Shown here piece after piece: positions 13,701 to 26,578 of a DNA stretch of 64,000 bases. The DNA comes from Phoronis australis. Lineage: Eukaryota > Animalia > Phoronida. Position 1 is the stretch's first letter; the number at the start of each line of letters is the position of its first letter. The stretch lies in contig NMRA01000084.1 in NCBI GenBank assembly GCA_002633005.1, positions 524,030 to 588,029 on the forward strand, written 5' to 3'. Both the position numbers and the translations under genes were made by a program. The notes under the pieces were generated by a model. The model searched no databases. It was not told the origin of the DNA and saw only the letters and a program-made list of their open reading frames with translations.

Positions 13701-16700
13701 TAAATGTCACTATCGGACCACATACAATAGAACTCGAGAACGATAAGTCATTAGCAAAAACGGATGCCATTGCTTGTAGCCCTTGACGAGACCAATGGAC
13801 AGATACGCCACCATCCGCACACGTATAGGTATATTTTGTGGCTGGAGAACCTGGTGAAAACGCACAGAAAATAATGCGTTCCAGTCGCATTAGCGTTACT
13901 ACCCGTGAAAATTTTTGAAAACTAAGTCGATGGAAAACTTTTTGAAACTTCAAAGAAAAAGTTGAGTTTTCGAAATGAAAATAGAGTCGTGTGACCAGGG
14001 CCTTAAACTAACAATAACAGTCAACCGCGCGATACAACTGGGTTCGCTAATGCCTAGTCGGCAGTCGATTGTTGGGAATTACATCGCTGTTTTGTGACGT
14101 TCTATCACATATTTATGCCGTGGATCGAACTTTTCTTCTTGATTGACGACTGGCTCATGTCCGCTGAACCCCACCCCCCCGATTCTTGTCTTAATTCTTT
14201 GCCGAGCATGTTTCGTGCAACGGGAAGTGAAAATGTTATTGAGTCTCGGAGTGTCGACTATAAACATCTCAAACACGAAAAACACCTGAATTAGTTTTTC
14301 AAATTTAGTTATTACAACTAATTTTAAAGCTGTTTCTGACTCAGGACTTGAAAGCTAGCACGGGTCCGTAACCTTGATGTCAGCTGTGACCTCTACAACA
14401 TCTGAAGCTTGCACGCGTGCACTTTTGCAGAGTCACCGCTTGCAACCCAAGTGGAGCGCTGCGTGGTCACTGGTCGTCTGCGCACTAAAGTTCTAACAAA
14501 CTAACAAGACCGCAGGAAGGCACGGGTCTATTACTCAGCATTTTTTTAAATTTAATTGTGAATGATTAATCTGAGGGCAACAGAACCTTTGTTGGGATCA
14601 TCCGCTTTATGATGCTTTTACCGTCATTTGGCGACGTGACGATAAAGCTCTTTGAAAAGTGCTACGCGTTCCGAGTACGTGTGTCGTATGGGGACTTAGA
14701 TCACGAGGTAAGGCTAACCGCTTATGTCGTTTGTCTGTCGTAATAAGCGCCCATGTGCGGTTAACCCCCCACTCTGGATTTCTTGAAATTTCACGTTTAA
14801 GCGCCCATGTCTGGTGAACCGCCCACCCCCGATTTTTGGGTTTGCCAATTTAACCTCACAGGGCGTTAACCCGAAAGTTTACGTTCTGCAGTTGGCGGCG
14901 CCGTCTGCCGCTGATTTGCTAACGGCTAAATCCCAATCAAGGTCCATATTCGAGAGTTGGGTGCGTTACGGTCTAAAATAAGTTCTTTGGTCATTTACCA
15001 AATGCCAACTGAATCTTATTATGCAAAGGGTTATTTAGTTGCGCAAATTAAAAAAGAATCATCAAAATCGGACAATGTTTGAGAAATTTATGCTCGTTTT
15101 TGTCTATGAAATTCATGCATTTTTAGCGTTACGAGTGGCCATTTTAAAAATAGCAATTTCAACTGTCAAGAGTAGAAAAGAAATTTATTTTATCAAGCAA
15201 GCAATTGTTTAGATATGACTGGGAATGACTTGAGTCACTTTCAGAGTCAATTAGATGAAGTTGTGCTTAATCATTAGGTAGGGTTCATCATAAAACAGGC
15301 ACTCGTTACGAAATTTGTAAATTCTGTGTTTCTAAACCTCACGTACTGTAAAGAAGGTTAAAAACTAAAGTTCACACTCAGTATCAAAAAGAACTACAAA
15401 ATATGTCAGCCTAGGCAACACAACAAATTATTCAATATCTAAACAAACCAAATGTTTGGATATTGAATGGATTCTGCTATGTTGAAAACGGGCCAAAAAG
15501 GCTTACAAAATGTAGTGTACGTAACGTATCCGTAACACAAATGGTCATTGCAAATGAAATTGCCTTTTAAATAACAACATGGTGCTTATTATCACCAAAG
15601 AAAAATAAATGGCCATACAACATTATGTCATCATGTGATGCAGAAACAGTGATGTAGTGTACGTACCCCCATGTCTACAAATGCCATAATATTAAAATAT
15701 CACTTGGTAAGTGAGCAACATCGGTCATGGACAATTTCCTTCCTTAAAAATGTTAGGTTAAAAGAGTGTTTATTGCAAATACATTTGTTTTGAGTGAAAT
15801 ATTAGCATTTGTGTAGTGTACGTACCCCCATATTTTAACATGTGCCTGTTTTCAAAGAATTACAGACAGATATGCACATGACTGCATGCTGTAGTTTTTA
15901 TTTGCTCTCTTTGAATTTTGGTAAATGAACTAAGTCTCAGTAAATTCTAATTATTTTTATAAACTTGAAAAGTCATTGAAATGTAGTGTACGTACCCCTT
16001 TGTAGTGTATGTACCTTCAATCTCTGTGCTATAAAGTATTGCCCACAAGAATTTTTGCACACTACTGTTCTCATGTACAATACTGATATTTCCAAAATGA
16101 ATACTGTCTGACAATAAAAAAACAATTGAAATTATGAAATTTGTGGACAATAAAATGCCACACAGGACTTGGCTAGTACTGAATATCCTAGAAGACGCGT
16201 CATGTGACAACTGATGTTGCTGAGGCAGGTTTATCTCTCAAGGCAACTTCAACTTGCAACAAACCAACAAGTAGGGACAGCACAAAACTCGAGACCATCC
16301 CATACACTTGTACCTTTAGTCAAAATTTGACGTTGATTGGCTGTGTGTAGTGTACGTACCCCACAACCAGTACCATGGAGCACTGGGCCTAGCATTGCTT
16401 TAACTATTTTGACCAACTGGTGAAAGTATTTAATCAAAAACTTATTAAATTGACAGCTACCTTATGAATTTTTGAATGGTAGAAGTGGGTTGTGACCACA
16501 AGTTGGAGTGTACGTACCCTTTTGTACAACTGCGATGCATTAGGCTATAAAAAAATATTCTGTGGTTCTTGTGCAAAAATATTTTAGATTACAAACCTGG
16601 AATGATGGTACTTTAAAACAACCCAGCTTTTACAGTAATATGACAAGCTTCATTTTTCACCAAAAGTGGCCGCCGAATATAGACCTTGACTGTGATTTGG

Positions 16701-19700
16701 CCGTAAGCATTGCAGACCTATCGATTATTTTTATCAGAACATTTCTAGTCTGTTGGAAAAATGCTGTCCTGTTCTGTAACTGTGACTGGGCACACGAGTT
16801 TTGATAAAACGGGCTCTTGCGACAGAAGCTACATTAATTTTAAATATATTTGCTGGCAACAATTACATGTACTGTCTATCAGTGGTTGGATTAGTCGTTT
16901 GCCAAACAAGATGAGACGAATAATTACATTGCATCGCTCTCATGTTTCATCACTCTTATGTTTCAGTCGAATTGTTTGCCTCCCTTGGCGTCGTGGGTCA
17001 GTTCTTTGGAATACCAGCCAGTATGCTATANCCCCCCCTGGGTGCGCGCAAGGTATGGACAAGTTACGTTCGTGACATGCTTACGCTATTTCATTACGGC
17101 GTTCTCCCGTTCAGCGACTTTACCAGACATGAGGGTTGGCTCCTTCGTTAACTGCCCAGCACAGTCTTCTGTCCTGAATGACAACATGCAAGCTAAAAAT
17201 CTCCAAGGCTTCAAATGGTTACCGAAACCTAGCAGAACTACTTTTGACACCAGGTAGAGGTTTTTATCAACAATAATAAATAAACGATGGTAATCGAGGT
17301 GTCGTGTTTTCTTCGTTTGTTAATAATCATTTGATCGGCGTTGCGACTTGACCATGAAAGATTTAACTTCCAGCAAGCATTATTACTCCGAGAAGTCGAG
17401 GAGCACCCGAGCTGGTTTATTCAGTAAAGCCGTTCCACCCGCCCTTTTTATAAGAATGACGTGCTGCTTTTGAGGGTCACTCGTTCTGGATTTACCCAAA
17501 AAACGTACGCATCACCGAGGAACGGATCTCAGAGTCAGCAAGTTCGGCTGACCCTATGAGCGTGAACGCCTGGATTTTAACGTCTACAGGTTAACAATTA
17601 CACATCTCCACGCTTTGGAGTTATCAGGCATACTGCGCGCGAAAATCGGCACATGCAGGAACCATGTGACCTTAGCCGCGTTTGTGATAATGATTTATTG
17701 CGCGTAAGAATATAAAACTAACCCGTGAGTCGTAATATCTTTATTAAAATAGCATATATTGCTAAAAACAACTTATTGGATCAAATACAAGAATTATCTA
17801 TCTGTACTGTCATGGATGTAAGTGTTATGAAACGTATGGTGGTTGTACCCTATTACCGACCGCGCCGTATGAACGCAGTCAAACTCACTCTGTTGGTAAT
17901 ACGTTCGGACAGAATAGATTGCATTAACTTCCGTTGTAGTTGGACGATTTTGGTGATACAAAACCTAAACATGATCAGCATCTGACGAGGAAATTAGAAA
18001 TGCTATTGGTTTATGTTGAAATATGTTATAACTTAACTTTTATTTTTAACAACACAGCCCAGTCAAGCTAGAAACGATCTGATCCGAGATTTGAACAATT
18101 ATCGAACAAAAAAGAGCTGGCCCCCCAACCATGACAGAATTGACTTAATCAGTCGCGTAATATACTGGCTACAGGAATCATTCTCTCACCTTGTCATTGG
18201 GCTATAGAATGGAACAAGCTGAGCTCAACTGAAAAAAAACGCCGTAATGTGTTATTTTTTGCGACATCTTCAAGCCGTGAGGACTGAGGTTCGCCGAAGC
18301 AGTATTTGCTCAGAAATTCCGTTTGCTAACATTAACATATTAAAAACTTATAACGAAGCAAAACCAATTCCGATAATTTGTTGTGACATGTATGCACACT
18401 TGTGGAAGAAGAAAAGTTGCTAAAGAGTTGGTGGTGCTCCATTTCATGGCGTTGAAAGCCGATCGATCCACAAACTTAATACCAGAATAACGATTGAACG
18501 GCAATTCTCTAACACTTGTAATTGATTTTATTTACTCGGGAAAGAGTGTAGTTTTTAATGACATTAGTTTTTGAGAGATCGTGTTTGGCCAGTTTTTACA
18601 CATTTCAATGCAAAGCTTTACAATTGTATACCTCTGTACATGCACCAATACTCCAGTTATATTGGCTATGCCGACAATGCCAAAAACGGTGACGTCACTG
18701 ACGACAAGCACTTCAACAGACGCGATGCATACAGACAAGACTATTGACCTTACTGCTGCAGACACCAACAACGGCGTTGACAACGACAACGCCATCGCAT
18801 TCATTGCTAGAATCGCTTTCCTCCCCATCACCGTCACTTTTGCAACCAATTTCATTATTTTCATCATCATAAAACATTGATGACGAAATTGCTTAAGGAC
18901 TGAAAGTTGGCACAACGTGTTCAATCGCCAATAAAACAAAGCATGGTCACTCAAAACATTTGCAGTAGTCAGAAAATCATGAATAATTTGAGAACTGTCA
19001 TTCGAGATTTGTACACACACACCTACTTCTAAACGATCTCTAGTAGGACAAGGGAATGCGAAGAGAAAATCGAAAATAGCCTCCACAGCGCCATCTTTTG
19101 TCCCGTCAGCCAAAACGCAACAATTTTCAGGGGAGAGTTCAGAAGTTAAGTATTGTATGCAAACGCCAAAAAATGTGCGAATGATTGGGAACTTGATGCT
19201 ATTTCCGAAATGCAAACGGCTGCTAAATGTCACTATCGGACCACATACAATAGAACTCGAGAACGATAAGTCATTAGCAAAAACGAATGGCATTGCTTGT
19301 AGCCCTTGACGAGACCAATGGACAGATACGCCACAATCCGCACACGTATAGGTATATTTTGTGGCTGGAGAACCTGGTGAAAACGCACAGAAAATAATGC
19401 GTTCCAGTCGCATTAGCGTTACTACCCGTGATAGCACTGAGAGAATTTTTTGAAAACTATGTCGACGGAAAACTTTTTGAAACTTCAAAGAAAAAGTTGA
19501 GTTTTCGAAATGAAAATGGAGTCGTGTGGCCAGGGCCTTAAACTAACAATAACAGTCAACCGCGATACAACTGGGTTCGCTAATGGCTAGTCGGCAGTCG
19601 ATTGTTGGGAATTACATCGCTGTTTTGTTACGTTATATCACATATTTATGCCGTGGATCGAACTTTTCTTCTTGATTGACGACTGGCTCATGTCCGCTTA

Positions 19701-22700
19701 ACCCCCACCCCCGATTCTTGTCTTAATTCTTTGCCGAGCATGTCTCGCGCAACGGGAAGTGAAAATGTTATTGAGTCCCGGAGTGTCGACTATAAACATC
19801 TCAAACACGAAAAACACCTGAATTAAGTTTTTCAAATACTGATATTTCCAAAATGAATACTGTCTGACAAAAAACAATTGAAATTATGAAATTTGTGGAC
19901 AATAAAATGCCACACAGGACTTGGTTAGTACTGAAAATCCTAGAAGACACGTCATGTGACAACTGATGTTGCTGAGGCAGGTTCTATATCTCAAGGCAAC
20001 TTCAACTAACAACAAACCAACAAGTAGGGACAGCACAAAACTCGAGACCATCCCATACACTTGTACCTTTAGTCAAAATTTGACGTTGATTGACTGTGTG
20101 TAGTGTACGTACCCCCCAACCAGTACCATTTTTTACTGTTTACTAGTGGAACACTGGGCCTAGCATTGCTTTAACTATTTTGACCAACTGATTAGTGTGT
20201 TGAAAACTAGGCAAATAGCACCAATAAAGTTTTTGAAAAAAGTTACTTGTCATTTTCTTTTTGAAACAATCGTATTGCAAGAGAAGGAAGTTCTCATTAT
20301 ATTGTGTTAAGATATGCAATGTATCACCATCTAGAACAACTTGATCAGCACGGTAATAACTTTTCCTATTTTAATATATGATACTTCTTCAATTTAATCA
20401 AAAACTTAAATTAACAGCTACCTTATGAATTTTTGCATGGTAGAAGTGGGTTGTTACCACAAGTTGTAGTGTACACATACGTACCCTTTTGTACAACTGC
20501 GATGCATTAGGCTATAAAAATTTATTCGGTGGTTCTTGTGCAAAAATATTTTAGATTACAAACCTGGAATGATGGTACTTTAAAACAACCTAGCGTTTAC
20601 AGTAATATGACAAGCTCCATTATTCACCAACAGTGGCCACCCAATATGGACCTTGTTTGTGATTTGGCCGTAAGCATTGCAGACCTATCGATTATTTTTA
20701 TCAGAGCATTGGAAGTCCGGTCGTCGACGCTTTTCTAGTCTGTTGGAAAAATGCTGTCCTGTTCTGAAACTGTGACCGGGCACACGAGTTTTGATAAAAC
20801 GGGCTCTTGCGACAGAAGCTACATTAATTTTAAATATATTTGCTGGCAACAATTACATGTACTGTCGATCAGTGGTTAGATTAGTCGTTTGCTGAACAAG
20901 ATGACACGAATAATTACATTGGATCGCTCTTATGTTTCATCAATCTTATGTTTCAGTCGAATTGTTTGCCTCCCTTGGCGTCGTGGGTCAGTTCTTTGGA
21001 ATACCAGCCAGTATGCTATACCATTCTTACGGACCCAGAGCGACATCTGTCGTCGGACTCGTCATTTCCGTCGGCGGTTTCTTACTGGTTTGGATGGCCG
21101 TAAAACTGAACAATATTTTTAAGATGTACAGTTTCGTTGTGTCTATATTCTTCTTAATTGGAAGTAAGTATTTTATTATTCTCAAGTTCCTATTTTTGCT
21201 TAATTTCTATTATTTTATTCAGAGTGTCATCACATTCGCCTACAAAGGGCCACATAACATAGTCTCTTCGTGTACATAAATGATGTCTTATAACCATGAA
21301 TTTGCATTGATTTGTCGTGAAATACAATCACTAAGCGTTGGCTGCGACATCGCCTTCAATGATATCAAGAGCGACTACATGTGATATTATCTTGAAATTG
21401 AAAATCGAATTGCAAACAGAAACTCAGATAGATGATTAGATAGTATCCATTATTGTCTCCTTTCACACATTCAAACAAACATAAACCGCTTTTTCAGTGT
21501 CTTTACAGACACGTTGGATACTGCAAAACATACCACAAAACTTATGATATGCACAATAAAAAATCAATACAAACCAGTATAGTTTCTTTCTTAATATCGA
21601 GAAGCAGGTCCTGGCAAACGTCTCAAAATTTGACAAGTAGTTAACACTTTGTTCGTCACTAAAAATGCAAAGTTGACATTCAAGCGATTAAAATATCTGA
21701 TCTGAGCTCGAAGTAATCAGTACATTGTATTAAAACATGAAACTCGTCTTCGACTGCCCCACATTGGCACTGGTTACAGAATCTGTCGTCATAACGCAAA
21801 CCACAATAACTCACGGTTCAACCGCTAGAGGGAGGACGAGACCTGAAAGCCGCAGACACTCTTCGTTTCGTACAGTTTACCTTACTTCGGTTGTATGGGT
21901 GAGGTTCAAGAGCAGATTTGAAACCTTGAAGTTCATGTAAAACCCTGAACTTTGTTTCCACTACCAAATTTGATACCCATGCAGATCACGTCAGAACGGT
22001 CTAACCCTGCTCAAACACCACGTGTTCTTTAGCGTCAAAAATAATTTCATTTAAAGAAGATGGACCTACACTGTTTAGAGATTACTCAAGTTCCTACTAA
22101 GTCAATAATCCACACATATGAAACTCCCTTGGTTATCCACGATGCGCATGGCACCAGTTTTCAATGTTCCCAATTCATAGTGCCGCTGCAGTGTTTTCCT
22201 CGTCAATTTGTACCTGCGCCAGTTAATGAGCCTACACTAAAACCGAATTACACCCAAATTCTTCCAGTGATTTGGTTACCGTATGTGAGCGTATTTTGGA
22301 GCATGCGCCTTCTTGCGAAGCTTTGTCTGTGCTCTATATATAAACTATTTGAATAAAAAGACCACATTTTTTAAAAACTTAACGCCAATTCGTCGTGAGA
22401 GTCTATCCGGAGTTGGAAAATGGTGCAACTCCGGATAGCCTGGGAAAAACCACAGTTGTACTGAATCTACACACATGTGATAAACAAGAGAAGTTCTACC
22501 TGCCGCTTCAGCTACAGGTACCATTATCTCTTTTATGACACACAATGTGTGACTGGACACAAAACCTTTTCAAAATACTGTAGATGAACCAGTGGAGCGT
22601 GAGTCCTCACGGCCATTCTACGTTATGCAACAAGCGAGAAAAGCTTTAGTCATTCGTTACAAATCCATAGATGTTGATGTGTTTACAACTATCTACTAAA

Positions 22701-24608
22701 AATCTACAAGAGGTACTCCAAAACACCGAATATGAGACCTGATTCACATACAGTGTATGTAAGGGATGGCCGTCTGAGCTTGTAATTGTGTTTTAGATGC
22801 ATGCGCCTGTTGCGGCTACAGCAAAATTAGAATTAAGAAAGTGCATCGTTTCGCGTATTGGCGCATCTATAGTGGTTGTAATCATCCAAAAATATGTAGG
22901 CCTGAGTAATGATGATAAATTTGGCAATGCTATCCGATCTGAAGTTGATTAATTACGTGTATACTAAATTTTGCTTAAAATTCAGCAACAAATCAAAGTT
23001 TCATTTTACCCTTTTACGGTGTTTTTTAATGGTTTCTTTTCCTGGTTATCATTTTGAGACATATCATTTTGCTGGCTATCTGATTGCCATCAGCCATCGA
23101 AGTTTGTGCTTTTAAGTTTACATTCATGTATTCAGAGACCTAATGAGAGCTGACTACAATATCACAGTACCTATTTTGTCACATGTGAGTGCATTTAGGC
23201 CCACGTGCCTTGATGTGAAGTAATTGATCAGAAAATACAGTACCACAGCAAAGTCTCAAAATCGCATGTGAGCGAAGCTTGACCTGTCCTTAAAACAGTA
23301 GATGGCAATGTGTATTCAGTTTCCATGAAAAAAGATAGATTGGACAAATACGAAGAGCCCAACTTATGTTAAGACCAGCGAATATAGAACGGGTAGCTTC
23401 TCGTGCCTGTGAATAAAACACGGATGCATCTGCCTCCTTATAAAACACTTGTGCAAAAATATTTCTGAAGGAAACGCATTGCTTCGAATATCAGTGCACG
23501 ATGGTAAATGCGCTCACACACAGTAATAACGCACTGACTCTGAAAATAATCAACTAACTTTTTTTCAGTGCATGGCACCGTGTATTCTTACCTAGGATTG
23601 CTTATGGCTAATATGGACAGCTTCACCGACGTCCATCGGGGAAAAGTTGTAGCTGCTCTGAACACGCTGTATCAAGCTCCCTTTTTTCCTTTTATATACA
23701 ATGTGGTGTTTATAGGGAGCGACCGACAGTATCACTCGAATGATAATCTCGAGGGATTTTTCCTCACACTTGTCGTGTGTTTTGGTGTTATTAACCTCCT
23801 TGGGATTATATTTCTTCGTAAGAGTCCACCACAAACCACTACGGTTTCCGTTTTTGAAGCGGCAGCCGAGGATCAGGGAATTTGCAAAACAGAGTTGTCA
23901 CATGACACGTTCGATGATACACGAGAACCTTTATTACATTCTGCAAAGCAAAACAGCGATTTGGCTTTGAACGACGAGGCACCTACGACGAAATCACTCA
24001 GCTCGGTGCTAACAAATTGGTCTTTTCACTTCGCTGCTTGGATACCAGTGTTTTCGTTCGCTGTAAATATTATGTACCTCACAAACATTACATTTGTCCT
24101 CCATTCTCTTGATATGTACCAGCATCAGGTGGTGTTTACCGTCGTCTGCCCTCTCATCGGACTTGTCGTGTCCTTCACGATATGCACACTATCCAGTCGA
24201 TTCACCAACCGCGTGCGTCCATCCGTCGTGACACTAGTTCTCATCATTTTGCAGACGATCAGTCAAGTTTTGCTCATATTCTTTGCGAGCAATTTCCCGC
24301 TCCTACTGGCGTGCTCAATCGTGGAGATAAGTTCGTCTTTAGCAATATTCTCGCTGATTCCAACTATTGTAAGTGCTAACCTCGGAGTGACAGACTTCAA
24401 TCGTGTTTGGGGCTATGTTCTACTCATGACGTCACTTGCTACCTTGGCTCTGTTGAAAAGTTTTGGTGCTATTTATGACAGTTATCTGACCGAAGGAGAG
24501 ACGTTTTGCGCCGGGTCGTATTGTTTCACGTATTGCTTTCTCATGTCCGGTGTTGTGTGTGGTTGCGCCACAGTGTTTAACCTCGGGCTAGTCGAGAAAG
24601 GGTGGTAA
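10631..24608 (+). CDS. Major facilitator superfamily transporter, Nodulin-like/MCH1-type; join(10631..10763,20957..21163,23569..24608), 459 aa
   Basis: Three exons with GT-AG boundaries and matching phase-1 introns give 1380 nt in one frame. About 12 hydrophobic segments. Motifs FNVYSNALKTRFNYTQSE/VELFASLG, YHSYGPR and RGKVVA, plus a C-terminal GAIYD...CAGSYCFTY, are typical of this MFS subfamily. Confidence 0.85.
11280..11530. mobile_element. MITE with 15-bp TIRs and 5-bp TSD in MFS intron 1
   Basis: TIRs catgcgcgcacccag / ctgggtgcgcgcaag. TSD gtatg at 11275-11279 and 11531-11535. Confidence 0.75.
14923..16703. mobile_element. Non-autonomous Harbinger-like DNA transposon, ~1.8 kb
   Basis: ~30-bp TIRs cggctaaatcccaatcaaggtccatattcg / cgaatatagaccttgactgtgatttggccg, flanked by TAA on both sides. 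An internal motif tgtagtgtacgtaccc is repeated about 7 times. Confidence 0.75.
16967..17030 (+). other. Partial duplicate of MFS exon 2, cut at the contig join
   Basis: Identical to 20957-21020 and ends at n17031. Confidence 0.8.
20957..21163 (+). CDS. MFS transporter exon 2 (VELFASLGVVG...IFFLIG)
   Basis: Acceptor tttcag|tc, donor gaa|gtaagt, 207 nt, phase 1/1, hydrophobic helices. Confidence 0.87.
23569..24608 (+). CDS. MFS transporter exon 3 (terminal)
   Basis: Acceptor ttttttttcag| with an upstream ctaac branch-like motif. Long hydrophobic ORF ending in TAA. Candidate polyA signal aataaa at 25342. Confidence 0.92.
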
Positions 24609-24723
24609 TTAAAGCCGTCATAGACCGGCATTCATAAAGTACGAACACATACCGCTAGGCAATTAGTCTGAAACACCTTGTTCCTAAGTTAAATCAGAAA
24701 TGGTTTCTTGGATTGGAAATAAG

Positions 24724-24879
24724 TTGTGCTGTAGTGGTAAAATTAGAGGTAAGTAGACGCCCAAAGCCCATTGCATCACTTTGAGCATTGAATGTAACTT
24801 AAGGTGCGTAGGCGCTACGTTCAAATGCCCAAAGGTGGTTGACTGCGCCTACGTGCGCCTACGCCCCACTACAGCACTG
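24724..24879. mobile_element. hAT-type MITE family A, copy 2 (in the putative MFS 3' UTR)
   Basis: Homologous to 2945-3111. Right TIR ccactacagcactg. Decayed TSD gaaataag/caaattag. Confidence 0.82.
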
Positions 24880-26578
24880 CAAATTAGTAGAAATACGAAC
24901 TTTGGCTCAAATTGTTCCTTAGTCATTATAGGCTTGATTTCTGGGCTTGGAAATTACTGGTAACTGGTTATTTCTTCAGACCAAGCTAAAAATGTTCAGG
25001 TCAAGGAAGCAGACAAGACCTGTTTCAGTTTTCACAATCAAAAGTTGTTTACAGAAATCATGGATTTAAGCTGTCATCCCAAGAAACTGCATGCATTGAA
25101 ACTTCCATTGGTCACAAATACTTATAATGGTCACAAAATTAAGAGTTTGTTGCAACATGACCGTTTTTCCACAACAAATCGCTAGTCTACTTTCTTTTTT
25201 CTTTTATGTATTAACTGTAGATTGAATCTATGTTTATGGATTTTCCACTGTGCCCAAGGACCTGGTTTTAAAAAATGAAGACTTTCGATACATTGTATTT
25301 CATAGCTTTTCCTTGTTTTTACATGGCTGACAGTGATTGCTAATAAAATGTGTATAAGCAGTCGAATTGCCTTTCAACTAACCTGATCTATTACGCTTTC
25401 TCGCTCATAACGTTGCATTCAACAGGTCCCATGCTTCTAATACACGATACCCTCTCTACACTTCATTTTCCACGAACATGAATACAACGGTCACAGGGTT
25501 ACAGCGTCCCGGTCGGTTTCAACGTCCCAGTGGATAACTTCAACAACTTCACATCGAACAGACGCATGTGTATTTAGAGGTAGATCATGCGCGGATTCCC
25601 GCGAATTCATACTGTGCGCAGCGCGTTTTGCACGAGGTTGCGTACTTGGTTCTTTAAACCAACCTATTGGTAGTTCCAAACAATTGCACCGATTACTTCA
25701 AATGACGTTCAGAAAGTGCCTTTCGAGAAAGATTAATTTGAAGTACCTCCGCTAAGCTAACGAAAGAATGTACAGGCGGCTGGTAATGGAGACAGAGACG
25801 TGTCGAACGACATGGTGTCTGCGCAGCGAGTTAGCATGCATTCGCATACACACCACTGATATTGCCTCCCCACTCTCCAACTCAAATTCTTGGACCCCTC
25901 CCCCTGTGATGCATATTAATTGAGATCAGGCTCAACAAGGCTGCTTGTACCGGCTGGTCAATTCAGGCGTCGAGCATCTAAGGACTCGAGCAATGGCTAA
26001 TTACTCCCAGGACCACAAACTACTTCTCAGGAGGAACGAGTTGAGACTATTGTAGATTTAAAGAAACCAAACTTCTTGGACAGTTTTCAAATGTACACGT
26101 GTGCTGAATAAGTGCTTTGTATTCAGAACAACTTACAATACAGTTCACAAAGCCCTGAGCTGTGATAAAATGTTATAAGCTATTCACTGTGAATGATTTA
26201 CATGTATAGTCCAGTTTACAAAGCGCGGAAATACCATTTTCCAAGAATAATGCTGTGAAAAAAACATCATGCAAATACATTTAATAATTATAATATCACG
26301 ACTAACCACGTGGAATTACCAAAATATGTTTCCAATATCAAATGTGGAATGCTTGCACCTTCAGTCAATTTTGTAAACAACTTGTCAAAGCCGGGTGCTT
26401 TTTCGGCACCGGTACCCGAAGTCTAATTCCAACTCAAATTACAAATTATTTTATTTTTTTTATTTTCAAATTCAATACGAAGTAAAGATAAGTGGCTATC
26501 GCTATGTGTTCAAGTACAGCACGATTAACATTAATAGATGTTTAATCCTAGCTTACACTTTGTTAGTCCAATCATTAA

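Larger units (their letters stand above)
11510..21020. repeat. Near-identical direct duplication (~11510-17030 vs 17032-21020) joined at a single n; probable uncollapsed haplotypes
   Basis: The sequence after n17031 restarts at ccccccctgggtgcgcgc (~11510). The copies differ by SNPs and indels. The first copy ends inside MFS exon 2. Confidence 0.85.

Noticed and set aside
15500-16520. CRISPR-like repeat-spacer pattern
   Set aside because: The spacing is irregular (20-350 bp), the repeat is short, it lies inside a TIR element in a eukaryote, and there are no cas genes.
16942-17257. Apparent second MFS gene or chimeric exon
   Set aside because: It is a contig-end duplicate of exon 2 cut at n17031, not a paralogue.
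18532-19488. 318-aa - strand ORF in MFS intron 1
   Set aside because: It starts with TTG next to a MITE-like end and has no recognisable domain. Part of it is antisense low-complexity sequence, and it is broken in the other copy (13028-13953). It is probably a chance ORF.
25491-25679. 62-aa - strand ORF as an extra exon of the repeat protein
   Set aside because: It lies beyond the stop at 30505, has no convincing repeat motif and has no supporting splice sites.
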